From Mobula hypostoma (Eukaryota), in the NCBI RefSeq assembly GCF_963921235.1, contig NC_086097.1, forward strand, positions 21,392,001-21,456,000: a stretch of DNA of 64,000 nucleotides, given 5' to 3'. Under the pieces are notes generated by a model, which saw only the letters and a list, made by a program, of their open reading frames with translations, did not search any database and was not told where the DNA came from. The stretch's first letter is position 1; each line of letters opens with the position of its first letter. The translations under genes were made by a program, and so were the position numbers. This document shows, in pieces, positions 1 to 11,260 of the stretch.

Positions 1-139
1 GACTATTGAGGACTCTCAATGTCATTCTGGAGATTGAGGCTGCAGCAGGGGTCTGCAGTGTGGCTAAGTGGATCGAGTAGAGTGCTTGTTCAGAAGGTCT
101 GCCACATAAAATTGAAGCTGGATCACACAGTGCTAACCT

Positions 140-615
140 GCCCACTCATCTCCTCCCTCACCTCCGTTCAGTGGTCCAAACAGCCATTCCAGGTGAGGCT
201 ACACTTCACCCTTGAATCTGCTGGGGTCATCTATTGCTTCTGATGCTCCCAACACAGTCTGCTCTACATTGGTGAGACCTGTTGTAAATTGCGAGACCGC
301 TTTGTCAAGCATCTCTGCTCCATCTGCCAAAAGTGGAACTTCCTGGTGGCTGAACTTTTTCTCTTTCCTGTTCCAGTATGTCGGTCCATGTTTTCGTCTT
401 GTGCCAAGATAAGGCCAGCATCAGGGTGGAGGAGTAACACCGTATATTCCGTCTGGGTAACCTCCAACCTGGTGGCATGAATATGGATCTCTCCTTCCAA
501 TGAAAACCTATTTCTCTCCCCCTCCCTTTTCTTCTATTCTCCACACTGGTCTCTTAGCTCTTCTCACCTGTCTGTCACTTCCACCTGGGTCCCCTCCTCC
601 CTACCTTTCTCCGCT
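140..615 (+). mobile_element. Penelope-like element fragment (degenerate GIY-YIG endonuclease plus start of 3' pLTR)
   Basis: Translates in broken frames to PFQVRLHFTLESAGVIYC and RFVKHLCSI, homologous to the intact GIY-YIG at 12159-12485; pyrimidine-rich tail follows. Confidence 0.85.
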
Positions 616-693
616 CCGCAGACTTGTGTTTATAGATCACACGGTCGTTGTTTAATCCATGGAGGTAGCATTGCTTGCAGATTTCATGATATA

Positions 694-1215
694 CACTCAG
701 TGGCCACTTTATTACGTACACCTGTACACCTCGCTGACACAATATCTAATCACCCAATCAGGTGGCAGTAGCTCAATGCATATAAAAGCATGCAGACATG
801 GTCAAGAGGTTCAGTTGTTGTTCAGACCAAGCATCAGAATGGGGAAGAAATTTGATTAAGTGACTTTGGCTGTGGAATGATTGTTGATGCCAGAAGGATA
901 GTTTGAGTATCTCAGAAACTGTTGATCTCCTGGGGTTTTCACGCATAACTGTCTCTGGAGTTTACAGCGAATATTATGAAAAATTTTTAAAAATCCAATA
1001 AGTGATGGTTCTGTAGGCAAAAACATCTTGTTAATGAGAGAGGTCGGCTGAACATGGAGACTGAGTCCAGCTGACAGAAACTCAGGTAACATGTTACAAC
1101 AGTGGTGTGCAGAAGAGCATCTCTGAATGCACAGCACGTCAAAGCTTGAAGTGGATGAGCTGTATTAACTGAGGGCCATGAACGTACACTCTGGTCACTT
1201 TATTAGGTACTAGCG
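694..1215 (+). mobile_element. Non-autonomous Tc1/mariner derivative
   Basis: TA followed by CACTCAGTGGCCACTTTATTA; inner direct repeat at about 1187-1210; homologous to copies at 26009 and 53080. Confidence 0.75.
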
Positions 1216-2189
1216 GTAGCCCTATTCATTGTAACACAAAACAAGTCCATGCCCTCATTCCATGTGAGTTAGTGTAGTTAAATTAAATGAAACAAGCACA
1301 ATCCAAGGTTTTACTGGAAGGGCCAATTATTTTTAATGTACAGCAGGTTCTTCGGATTACATTAAGTTTTAATTGGATCAATTTTAGTTTTAACCATATG
1401 CATAAAGTGCACAAAAACTAACTAGAAATATATTCATTATTATAGGCTCAGGGGATTTGGTGCATATCTTACACTGGGCTCGACTTGATAACTTACAAGA
1501 TGTAAATTTGGAAATGAGTTGGTGGCATGTGTGATATAAATGATATCCTGTTGGTATTAATAATAACTTCTGTTTATGCAAAGTGTAAAGGATTTAGTCT
1601 GATGAGAGAAATTAGGTAAAGTTAATTAAGTAGATGAGTAAATCTAATTGATCTCAATGCAATACTAAACCTCATTATAGCTTTCTTGCACTCTACATCA
1701 AAGCAAGTGAATACTCATTAACATATTGTCTTAGGGATCTAGAATGTTTGTGTTCTTCCTATTCTCTTGCCCTATTGATGTGTGGTAAACTTTAAAATGT
1801 TTGCCTTGCAAACATGTCTATGGCTCCTTGATGTGTAATGAGAATTCAGATTTCTGTTGTTCTAGTGACCTGACAAAGGTTTAGTGTGTGTTGTTATGTA
1901 GAAGGGGTTGATGGGGTAGTTTAGTTCATTATGTGCTCCCTGGTTACACTCGAATGAAGTAGTTCAGGATTAGAAACAGATTTATTATCCCTGGAATATA
2001 ACATGAAATTTGTCATTTTGTGGTATTGTTATTTTGTTATTTGTATTTTTTGATATAATTATCTATGAATTACAGAAATAAATAGTCCAAAAGAAGAATA
2101 ATAAATCGTTCATGGACCGTTCAGAATTAATGATGTTAATGAGGGGAAAGAATCTGTTCATAAAATGTGAAGTATAGGTCTTTATTCCT

Positions 2190-3280
2190 ATAGTCCTGAT
2201 TGAGAAGTTACAGAACCTGGGCCTCTGTACCTCCCTCTGCAACTGGATCTTCAACTTCCTAACCAGAAGACCACAGTCCATGTGGATTGGTAATAATATC
2301 TCTCCTCGCTGACGATCAACACTGGCGCACCTCAGGGATGTGTGCTTAGCCCACTGCTCTACTCTCTCTGCTGTGTGACTTGGCACAGCTCAAATGCCAT
2401 CTATAAATTTGCTGATGATACAATCATTGTTGGATGAACCTCAGATGGTGACGAGGGGGTGTATAGGAGCGAGATATACCAACTAGTTGAGTGCTATCAC
2501 AGCAACAACCTTGCACTCAGTGTTAGTAAGACCAAAGAGCTGATTGTGGACTTCAGAAGGAACAGAATGAACATGCGCTGGTCCTCATAGAGGGATCAGA
2601 ACAGGAGAGAGTAAGCAGTTTCAAGTTCCTGGCATTAATATCTCTGAGGACTTAACTTGGTCCCAACATATCAATGCAACTATAAAGAAGGCAAGGCAGT
2701 GGCTATATTTCATTAGGAGTTTGAGAAGATTTTGTTATATCACCTAAAACTCTCACAAATTTCTACAGATGTACTGTGGAAGCACTCTAACTGGCTGCAT
2801 CACTGTCTGGAAGGGGGGGGGGGCGGTGAGGGACTATTGCATAGGATTGAAGTAAGCCACAGAGAGTTGTACAATTAGCCAGCTCCATAGCTCCATCATG
2901 GGCACTAGCCTCCATAGTATCCAAGACATCTTCAAGGAATAGTGCCTCAGAAGTGCAATGTCCATCATTAAGGACCCCCATTACCCAGGACATGCTCTTT
3001 TCTCCTTGTTACCATCGGGAAGCAGGTACAGAATCCTGAAGGCACACACTCAGTGATTTAGGGACAGCTTCTTCCCTTCTGTCATCCAATTTCTGAATGG
3101 ATGTTGAACTCCTGAACACTACCTCACTACTTTTGTATTTTTGTTTTTGCACTACGTGTTTGTAGTTCACAGTTTATTTTGTATATTATCATGTATTGCA
3201 TTATACTCCTGCCATTGATTTAACAAATTTCACGACATGTGTCAGTGATATTAAACCCGATTCTGATTCTGATTCAAGAT
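2190..3280 (+). mobile_element. Rex-Babar-type LINE, 3' part of RT plus tail
   Basis: GAPQGCVLSPLLYSL and YKFADDT RT motifs; 3' tail (GATTCT)n. Confidence 0.85.
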
Positions 3281-4074
3281 CCTGTACCATATCCTTGATT
3301 GTAGCAATGAGAGAAGGGCATGTCCCGGATGGCAAGGGGTCTTAATGATGAATGCCACCTTCTTAAGGCATCTCCACTTGCAGATTTCCTTGATGGTGGC
3401 GGGGAGGGGTGCTAGAGCAGGCTGAGCCTCCAACCTCTCTGCAGCCTCCTGTGCAGCGTAAGAAGTCTCTAATCTCATCTCAGCATTTCCGCACAGCCTC
3501 CTACTGGAACAAACCCTCTCTTCACCTCACTACTGCTAAACGAAACCATTTACTGGCTTTGCAGACACTTACTCATACCAGATGCACCATATTCTTAGGA
3601 GGAATGAGGTGAAAGAATGTAAGTTAAATGGGTCAATTTTATAAAGACAGTGGGAACAGAGAAATTGTTGCATCAGACAGGTAGCCATTCGTGTCTTGTT
3701 TTATGTGTAAATTGGACCAAAACTCATCCATTTTTAAGTGCTTCTATCCATTCCTGCCCATGAAGATTTCAGACCAGGCACCTTTGGTGCTCATTCCATG
3801 GACAGAATTCATTTGCCTAAAATATTTACCTCAAGTGTTTATGTCTGTGTGCCCGTAAGAGCAGAATTATGCCATTTGGCCCATTGAGACCGCTCCCCTA
3901 TTCCATCGTGGCTGATTTAGTATCCCTCTCAACCCCATTTTTCTGCTCCTTCTCCTCGTAACCTTTGGCACCCTTATTAATCAAGAAGCTAACAACCTCT
4001 GCTTTAAATATACCAAGCGATTTGCCCTCCATAGTCAGTGGCAATGAATTCCACAGATTCACCACCCTCTAGCT

Positions 4075-4153
4075 CAGGGGATCCCAACTTGGGGTCCATG
4101 GATCCCTTGGTTAATGGTAGGGGTCCATGGCATAAAAAAGTTGGGAACTCCTG
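4075..4153. mobile_element. 79-bp hAT (Charlie-like) MITE inserted in a CR1 3' end
   Basis: TIRs CAGGGGATCCCAAC / GTTGGGAACTCCTG; 8-bp TSD CTCTAGCT / CTCCAGCT. Confidence 0.85.
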
Positions 4154-5240
4154 CTCCAGCTAAAGAAATTTCTCTTCATTTGTGTTCTAAAGGGACATCC
4201 TTGTATTTTGATGCTGTGTCCTCTAGTCCTACACCACCCCCACCACCATAGGAAACATATTGTCCACATCCATTCTATTTCATGTCAGATATTAAATCAA
4301 AAGGTCTTAACATTTAAAAATATTCTTAGAATTCTACATGAAAACCTACAATATTTACATTCCTTGTTTTGAGGAGGTGATGAAGATATTGATGAGGGTA
4401 GGGCAGTGGATGTTGTAGGCACAGACTTTAATAAAACTATTGATAAGGTCCCCCATGGTACACTAATCCAGAAGATTAAGGCACATGGGATCTATTATGA
4501 TGTAACTCACAATAAAACAAGGAATAGATCCAGCAAAGAGGACTCAAATATGATCGGTTAATGCATCTCTGATTCACCCCTCAACCCATCATATTATATG
4601 AATTTGGCTCCAGTGTGGACAGCTTATCCTCATGAAACTGAAATGAAGACCTGCACTGATGTAGCGCCTTTGATTAGCCCAATTCTCTTCCGAGCCACTT
4701 CAGTACTTTTTTGAAGTGTGGTTTCTGTAGTATTGTTGGGAATGTAATGTGGATGTCCAGGCAATATAATTACCCGAGAGAGTAATTCAACAACACCCTT
4801 GACAGTTCAATTCCATATTATCAGTGTCCTTACAGGAAAGAAATAAACACTGTCAGCTTCAATGGCCAAAGCACCTGAAATTTCTATTCCCAATGTTACT
4901 GCAGAAATGACATGGCACTCTGCTGAAAACCTGAAATACAAGTGCTCAGGTATTCCTATCTGAAATTTTGTTTCTTTCTCCACAGAAGCTGCCTGACTAC
5001 TGGAGTATTTCAGCATTTTCTTTTATTTATTCACAGGTTACTCCCTATTGGATAAAACACAGAGAACACTTTTCATCTTTTATTGCTGCTGTTTCACATA
5101 TTTATATGACTGCTTGTTTTATTATAATAGTGCCAGTAACATTATACTGTCTTCCATAAACATGCACTTCGCATTTCATATCATGCCACTCAGGGACTTG
5201 TGCTAACATTATTTTGTGACTGTATGTGTTGGATTGTAAC

Positions 5241-5880
5241 TCTATGTGCTGTGTGTGGCTATGAAGGATATGTCGCACGTCATAGTCAATACAATTGTTT
5301 GTCTTACGTGCTGTTGCTTTTCTTCTGGTAATCCATTTGGTTTAAGCACATGTTCTAAATTGGCAAGATAATCTTTGTCTTCCACGTCTTTCAAATTAAA
5401 ATCGAGACCTCTCACGAGGACTTCTTGTTCCGTACTTGACAGTGGTCTACTGGACAAGTTTCTGATCCATGTATCGTTAGTTTCTATCTTATCTGTTTTG
5501 TCAATTTCCTGCAGTTTCTTCTACAGTGCTTTCTGCTTCTTATCTCTGGTGTTGGTAACCCTGCGCTGTACCACTTCTACAAATTTCTCTGACGGTTCTT
5601 GGCTAACTGTCCACAGGCATTCATCTCATTCTTCTTTTCCAATCTGATAGTATTTTCTAAGACGATTATGCGCATCAGCGATAAGCATTTGGATCGTACG
5701 TTTCCTTTTCTGCCTGGTGATGGAACGTGCCGTTGGATATCTCTACCTGATGCTTTGTGGAAGTATATTTCACCTTAAGCATTTGTGGAGGAAGAAGAGT
5801 TGCTCTTGTGTAGAGGCTTGCCTGCAGGCAAAGTTCTCCCGATGACAAGCGCATCTGAATGTTTGACACTCAACCCAGCC
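5241..5880 (-). mobile_element. Penelope-like element, N-terminal ORF remnant
   Basis: WIRNLSSRPLSSTEQEVLVRGLDFN resembles the conserved pre-RT motif of PLE ORFs (NLS..L...E..vL.kGLnF). Confidence 0.7.
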
Positions 5881-7159
5881 ATCAACCACACGAGCTTCCA
5901 GATTATTTCCAATATATGTACTGTATTTTTCACCTTGACCCCAGAGGAGCAATGTTTCATTTAGCTGTATACATGCTTATAGTTGACTGACAATGAGCTT
6001 GGACAGCACAATGTAGGATGGGCCCTTCGCCCCACAATGTCTGTGCTGATCATGACGCTGATTTAAACTGCACATCTGCCTGCATATTGCCTATGAATCT
6101 CCATTTGCTGCTGTTCATTTGCCTGTCTGAATGCCTTTTCATTGCTGCTGTCATATCTACTTCCACCACTTCCCCTAGTAGCACATTCCAGGTTTTGAGG
6201 ATGAAGGGTCTCTCCCTGAGAAATCAGCTTTATTCCCCTCCATAGATGTTGCCTGACCTGCTGAGTTTCTCCAGCATTTTGTGTGTGTTGCTGGAGATTA
6301 TGGGTATCAGAGAATACCTTGTGTTTGTGTCATCTGCAGACTTCAAAGGTTTCAAAGGTGCACTTAGTGCCAGAGAAAGGTATACAATATACATGCTGAA
6401 ATTAGTTTTCTTCACAACCATCCACAAAAACAGAGGAGTGCCCCAAAGAATGAATGACAGTTAAATGTTAGAACCCCAAAGCGAATCTCAACTCACCCCT
6501 CCTACATGTAAGCAACAGCAAGGCAACCACCTCCCCCACCAGTAAAAAAGCGTCGGCGCCCCCCCCCCCCACCGAGCACTCAAGCGTGCAGCAAAGCATC
6601 AGTAAAGACACAGACTTGCAGTACCCCAAAGACTACTCGTTCACCCGGTAATTCAACATACCACAGGCTCTCTATCTCTTTCCCTAATAAGAGAAATAGA
6701 GGTGTCTCTGTTTCACATGACTTACTAATCATTTCTCCTACATATTGGTCCAATATATATGTGGGGCTTACAGAGGTACCAGCAATAATCTTGGCAGAAC
6801 AGCACTGGTCTCAGACCTTCAGTCAGAATGACACCTCTTCACCACTACCCTCTATAGCCAAGTCAATTTTAAATCTAATTTGTCAAGTCTTCTTCAATCT
6901 CATGCGTCCTGAATCTTTTTGATCAGCCTACCATGAGAGACCTTGTTGGAAGCTTTTTAAGAGTCCATGCCCTATCCTCATCAAGCATCTTCAACACCTC
7001 CTCAGTAACAAGAAAAAGTAACTATTGTAAAACACTTAGGCTTTCATAGGGAATTTGAAGAAAATCTTTAAAGTTTGGAACATTTAAAAGGAAAAAAAGT
7101 AAAGATTTTAGGTGGTTTCCTCGACTGCATTGGTGAATACACTTTTCTCAGATGTTGGC

Positions 7160-7430
7160 AGTCCTGCTGCTGAGTCATAAGTTAGTGGGTTCTACTCCCA
7201 CTTGTGAATTTAAACACATAATGCAGGCTGACACCTCAGTACTTTCCTGAGAAAGTACTCTCTTGCTGAAGTACTCACTTTTTTGATGAGATATTAAATT
7301 AATATCTCACTTTCTTTCTCAAATGTAACTGAGAGATCCCACTTAAAGAAGAACAGAGGTATTCCTTCAGTATTTATTCCTTAATCTGACACTTTGTTGC
7401 TTTGGTTAATTCCTTTTTCAGTTATTTTCA
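7160..7430 (+). mobile_element. Old Deu-domain SINE (SacSINE1/AmnSINE1-related)
   Basis: CTGAGTCA..GTGGGTTC..TCCCACT head, then GGCTGACAC..CAGTAC..GATGAGATATTAAA..AGATCCCA..GAAGAACAG, as recalled for the Deu core. Confidence 0.6.
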
Positions 7431-7464
7431 GTTAATGGACAATTACTCGCAGAAATTTGCAATT

Positions 7465-7985
7465 GCAAGAATCTAAAAGCAAGGATGTGCTTGTGAGGGT
7501 CCAGAGGAGGTTCACAAGAATGATCCCAAGAATGAAAGGGCTAACGTATGAGGGGTGTTTGCCACCTCTGGGACCATACTTGACTGAATTCAGTCGGATG
7601 AGGTGAGGAGGAATTTCACTGAAACCTCCCAGAAGATGAACGGTCTGGACAGAGTGGAAGTAGAGAGGATGTTTCCATTAGTTAGGAGAGTCTAGGATCT
7701 AAGGGCACAGCCTCAGAATAAAGGGACGTTCCTTTCAAACTGAGATGAGGAGGAATTTCTTCAGCGAGAGGCTAGTGAAATTGTGGAATTCTTTCCAGAG
7801 CGCTGTGGAGGCCAAGTCATTGGGACTATTTAAGGCAGAGATTGATAGGTTCTTAATTGATAAAGAAGTTCATAGTTCTTGGGAGAAGACAGGAGAATGA
7901 GATTGAAATAAAAGCAACCATAATTGAATGGTGGAGCAGATCTCATGGGGCAACTAGGCTAATTCTGCATCTATATCTTATGGAC
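7465..7985 (+). mobile_element. CR1 LINE 3' end
   Basis: RVQRRFTRMIP and MRRNFFS motifs; CR1-type 3' UTR ending TCTTATGG. Confidence 0.85.
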
Positions 7986-8064
7986 TTCCGCATGTATTTG
8001 AGTAAAATCCATGTAAGTTAACTGATTTGTTATGAAATACTTGGAGATACCCTTGAAAAGAGTG

Positions 8065-8630
8065 TTAGAAACAGAGAAAACCTACAGCACAATACAGGCC
8101 CTTTGGCCCACAAAGCTATGCCGAACATGTCCTTACCTGAGAAATTACCTAGGGTTACCCATAGCCCTCTATTTTTCTAAGCTCCATATACCTGTCCAGG
8201 AGTCTCTTGAAAGACCCTATCATATCCGCTTCCACCACTGTCACCGGCAGCCTGTTCCACGCACTCACCACTCTCTGCATAAAAAACTTACCCCTGACAT
8301 CTTCTCTGTACCTACTTCCAAGCACCTTAAAACTATGCCCTCTCATGCTAGCCATTTCAGCCCCAGGAAAAAGCCTCTGACTATCCACAGGATCAATACC
8401 TCTCATCATCTTATACACCTCTATCAGGTCGCCTCTCATCCTCTGTCGCTCCAAGGAAAAAAGGCCGAGTTCACTCAACCTCATAAGACATGCTCCCCAA
8501 TCCAGGCAACGTCCTCGTAAATCTCCTCTGCACCCTTTCTATGGTTTCCACATCCTTCCTATAGTGAGACAACCAGAACTGAGCACAGTATTCCATGGGG
8601 TCTGACCAGGGTCCTATATAGCTGCAAATA
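8065..8630 (-). mobile_element. CR1 LINE 3' end (young)
   Basis: ORF 8155-8484 LGLFSLERQRMRGDLIEVYKMMRG..VSAWNRLP is the CR1 ORF2 C-terminus. Confidence 0.92.
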
Positions 8631-9324
8631 TAGCAGTGTTATTGAATGTCCCTAGCAATATCTTGGCGGGTAGCGTCTCAACCCTAAATCGGAAGTCTAT
8701 GGGGTGAAGGCCCAGACCAGATCCTGCAGGGGGAATAACCCAGGCTCTCCAGTATAGTATAAGTACAGTGTCAGAGGTTGGCCTATCAGGTGAAGTACTA
8801 AGCCTAAGTTTTGTGTGGCCTCTCAGATGAATGTAAAAGATTCTATGAAGCTTCGAGAAAGACAGGAGAAGCTCTTCTCAGTGCCATTCCACTGTAACTA
8901 TCTTCTCAATGTCATTCCACTGTGACTGTCTTCTCAATGTCATGCCATCAGACGTTATCAGCATAGTTCCCTCTAAGCAATGCGCGTGTGCGTGCGCACA
9001 CACGTTTTTCAACCAGCGCACAAGGTAAATTACTGTGCGCACAAAAGGTTAGTTAACTAAAATAATGTAGTAGTTAATAATTATACTTATTGAAAATAAT
9101 CTTTTAGCTAACTGTTTCGGTTAACTAGTTAGTTGGTTTTTCAAATACCACAATGCACGTCACTAATTTACATCACCTCACCTATCCTGTACCGGTTTGT
9201 ACAGCTGCATCACGGCGGGAGCCATGTTTGGCGGACAGTGTTCATATCGTAAAGTTTACAAAGATCTGTTTCAAATCCTGTAGATAGCTTACTAAGTTTT
9301 TATTGGAAAAAATATTGATTCACT

Positions 9325-10197
9325 ATGTCGAATTCAAAAGAAGCGAAGGGCGTGAAGCGCAAAAGAACTGCAAATTTGTTTAAAGTTGAGTGGCTTAACA
9401 AAATAGTAGAAACTGTTACACCGAAAGCTCATGAGGTCATGAACGTTCAGCTACGAGAAATATTTATGTACGATTCGGAAACTGGAGTTATCTGTTTGTA
9501 TTGTCGTGATGCAAAAGTTGATGGAGAATTTGCTAGTGGAAAGAAGTGGAATGATATTTGGAAACTTGACTTTTTGAAGCATCATTTGGCAAGTAAATCA
9601 CATTTGGACTGTGTACAAAAGCTCAGGCAACAGAACCTGTCATTACCCGTTACAGGAGTGCTACGCATATTACGGTTGAGTGCAGATGAGCGAGAGCGAA
9701 AACGATCAAACCCAGAGGAGATCAAAGTTGAGGTACAAGAATGGTCAGCTTTTGATTTCTCCACAATTGCAGATTGTGACTTCACATTTGGCAATGAACA
9801 AGTTAATGCCTTATGTCTAAAATATCATGATTTTCTAGCTGAAAATATTGTAATAGTTAGACAGTTTAATGATTTCAAATTTTCCATGAAAGAAAAAATT
9901 AAATCCAAACCAATTTCAAACTTTGCTCAAATGGTGGCATTTGTACTTCAAAATGAACAGTTTTGCGACCTTGCGCATGGGGGAACCTTTCTTGCGTCTA
10001 GTGCAGACTGTGAACGAGGTTTTAGCCTAATGAATCAACTCAAAAACAAGCCGAGAAACTGTTTAGGTGAATGTCATTTGGATATGTTAAAGAGAATTAA
10101 AAGCTATCAATGGGATGGAAGTTCTATTAGTCGAGATAAAGTTTACAAAGAATGGGGTAAATGCCAAAGACAGAAGAGAGAAAAAATAACTGAGTGA
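9325..10197 (+). CDS. Truncated hAT transposase (ZNF862-like): N-terminal zinc finger fused to C-terminal dimerisation domain, 290 aa
   Basis: FKVEWL..CLYC..LKHHLASKSH zinc finger; SSADCERGFSLMNQLK..RNCL hAT C-terminal motif; central catalytic region absent. Confidence 0.8.
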   Translation: MSNSKEAKGVKRKRTANLFKVEWLNKIVETVTPKAHEVMNVQLREIFMYDSETGVICLYCRDAKVDGEFASGKKWNDIWKLDFLKHHLASKSHLDCVQKLRQQNLSLPVTGVLRILRLSADERERKRSNPEEIKVEVQEWSAFDFSTIADCDFTFGNEQVNALCLKYHDFLAENIVIVRQFNDFKFSMKEKIKSKPISNFAQMVAFVLQNEQFCDLAHGGTFLASSADCERGFSLMNQLKNKPRNCLGECHLDMLKRIKSYQWDGSSISRDKVYKEWGKCQRQKREKITE

Positions 10198-10205
10198 CTT
10201 AAATA

Positions 10206-10667
10206 CGATAAAAATTAAATATCTCCAACCTGATGGCATGAACATTGACTTCTCTAACTTCCGTTATTGTCCCTCCTCCCCTTCGTACCCATCCCTTATT
10301 AATTAATTAATTAATTTATTATTATGATGATTTTTTTTCTTTCCCCTTTTTTTCCTCTCTTTTTTCTCCCTCTGTCCCTCTGTGCTCCTCCCGCTTTCTT
10401 TCTCCCTAGGCCTCCCGTCCCATGATCCTCTCCCTTCTCCAGCCTCGTATCCCTTTTGCCAATCAACATTCCAGCTCTTGGCTCCATCCCTCCCACTCCT
10501 GTCTTCTCCTATAATTTTGGATCTCCCCCTCCCCCTCCCACTTTCAAATCTCTTACTATATCTTCTTTCAGTTAGTCCTATCGGAAGGTCTCGGCCTGAA
10601 ACATCGACTGTACTGCTTCCTATAGATGCTGCCTGGCCTGCTGTGTTCACCAGCATTTTTTGTGTGT
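10206..10667 (+). mobile_element. Penelope 3' end/pLTR nested in the hAT element
   Basis: LQPDGMNIDFSNFR GIY-YIG terminus, pyrimidine tract and degenerate hammerhead; flanked by 12-bp duplication GTGACTTAAATA (10194-10205, 10668-10679). Confidence 0.88.
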
Positions 10668-11260
10668 GTGACTTAAATATGTATGTTATTTTGTTGTTAT
10701 TCTGTGCAGTTTTATGTCAAATATTTTGTAAACCTACATAAACTGTCCCATGTGTGCATTCGGTGCGCACATACTTCTGTCACAGGAACAAAAATTTGCA
10801 CAACGTAAGATTTTTGCACACACTGACTACTAAAAATTAGAGGGAACATTGGTTATCAGTGTCCCCCATGGTTTATCATCGTGCTCTTGAGGATTCTTAC
10901 TGTGCATAATTTGGCTCGGCTATTTCATATGTGATTATCCTTGGCAAATAAAGGAAGAGATAATTTCTTTTTCTAATGGCCCAAACTCTGTCTTCAGTGT
11001 CATGGTTTACAACCAGCTTTGGGAATGGAAAGAGAAGTGAAGTGAATCTGGACAGTTATCCCCAGTTCAAAAAAAATTGATCTGATCACGGATGAGAGGC
11101 TGGTTTCAGAGTGTGTCCGTAATAACTTTGTCTTTCGCTGACTCTTGGTTAATGGGACTGCAAAGATGAGCAATGGAGAAGGTGAGCTGTATAAATGTAA
11201 CATTGCAACCTCTAAGTGAACAAGATACAAAGAGTGGGGTGAAAAGACATATAACACTGT

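Larger units (their letters stand above)
8962..10851 (+). mobile_element. hAT DNA transposon, internally deleted
   Basis: TIRs CATAGTTCCCTCTAA (8962) and TTAGAGGGAACATTG (10837-10851); perfect 8-bp TSD GTTATCAG (8954-8961, 10852-10859); subterminal GCGCACA motifs. Confidence 0.95.

Noticed and set aside
8874..8946. 28-bp tandem duplication beside the hAT element
   Set aside because: Real but trivial local slippage within an old SINE; not part of the TIR or TSD.
9325..10197. Host gene ZNF862 or a domesticated transposase
   Set aside because: The ORF is still enclosed by TIRs and a perfect TSD and lacks the catalytic region, so it is treated as a transposon ORF.
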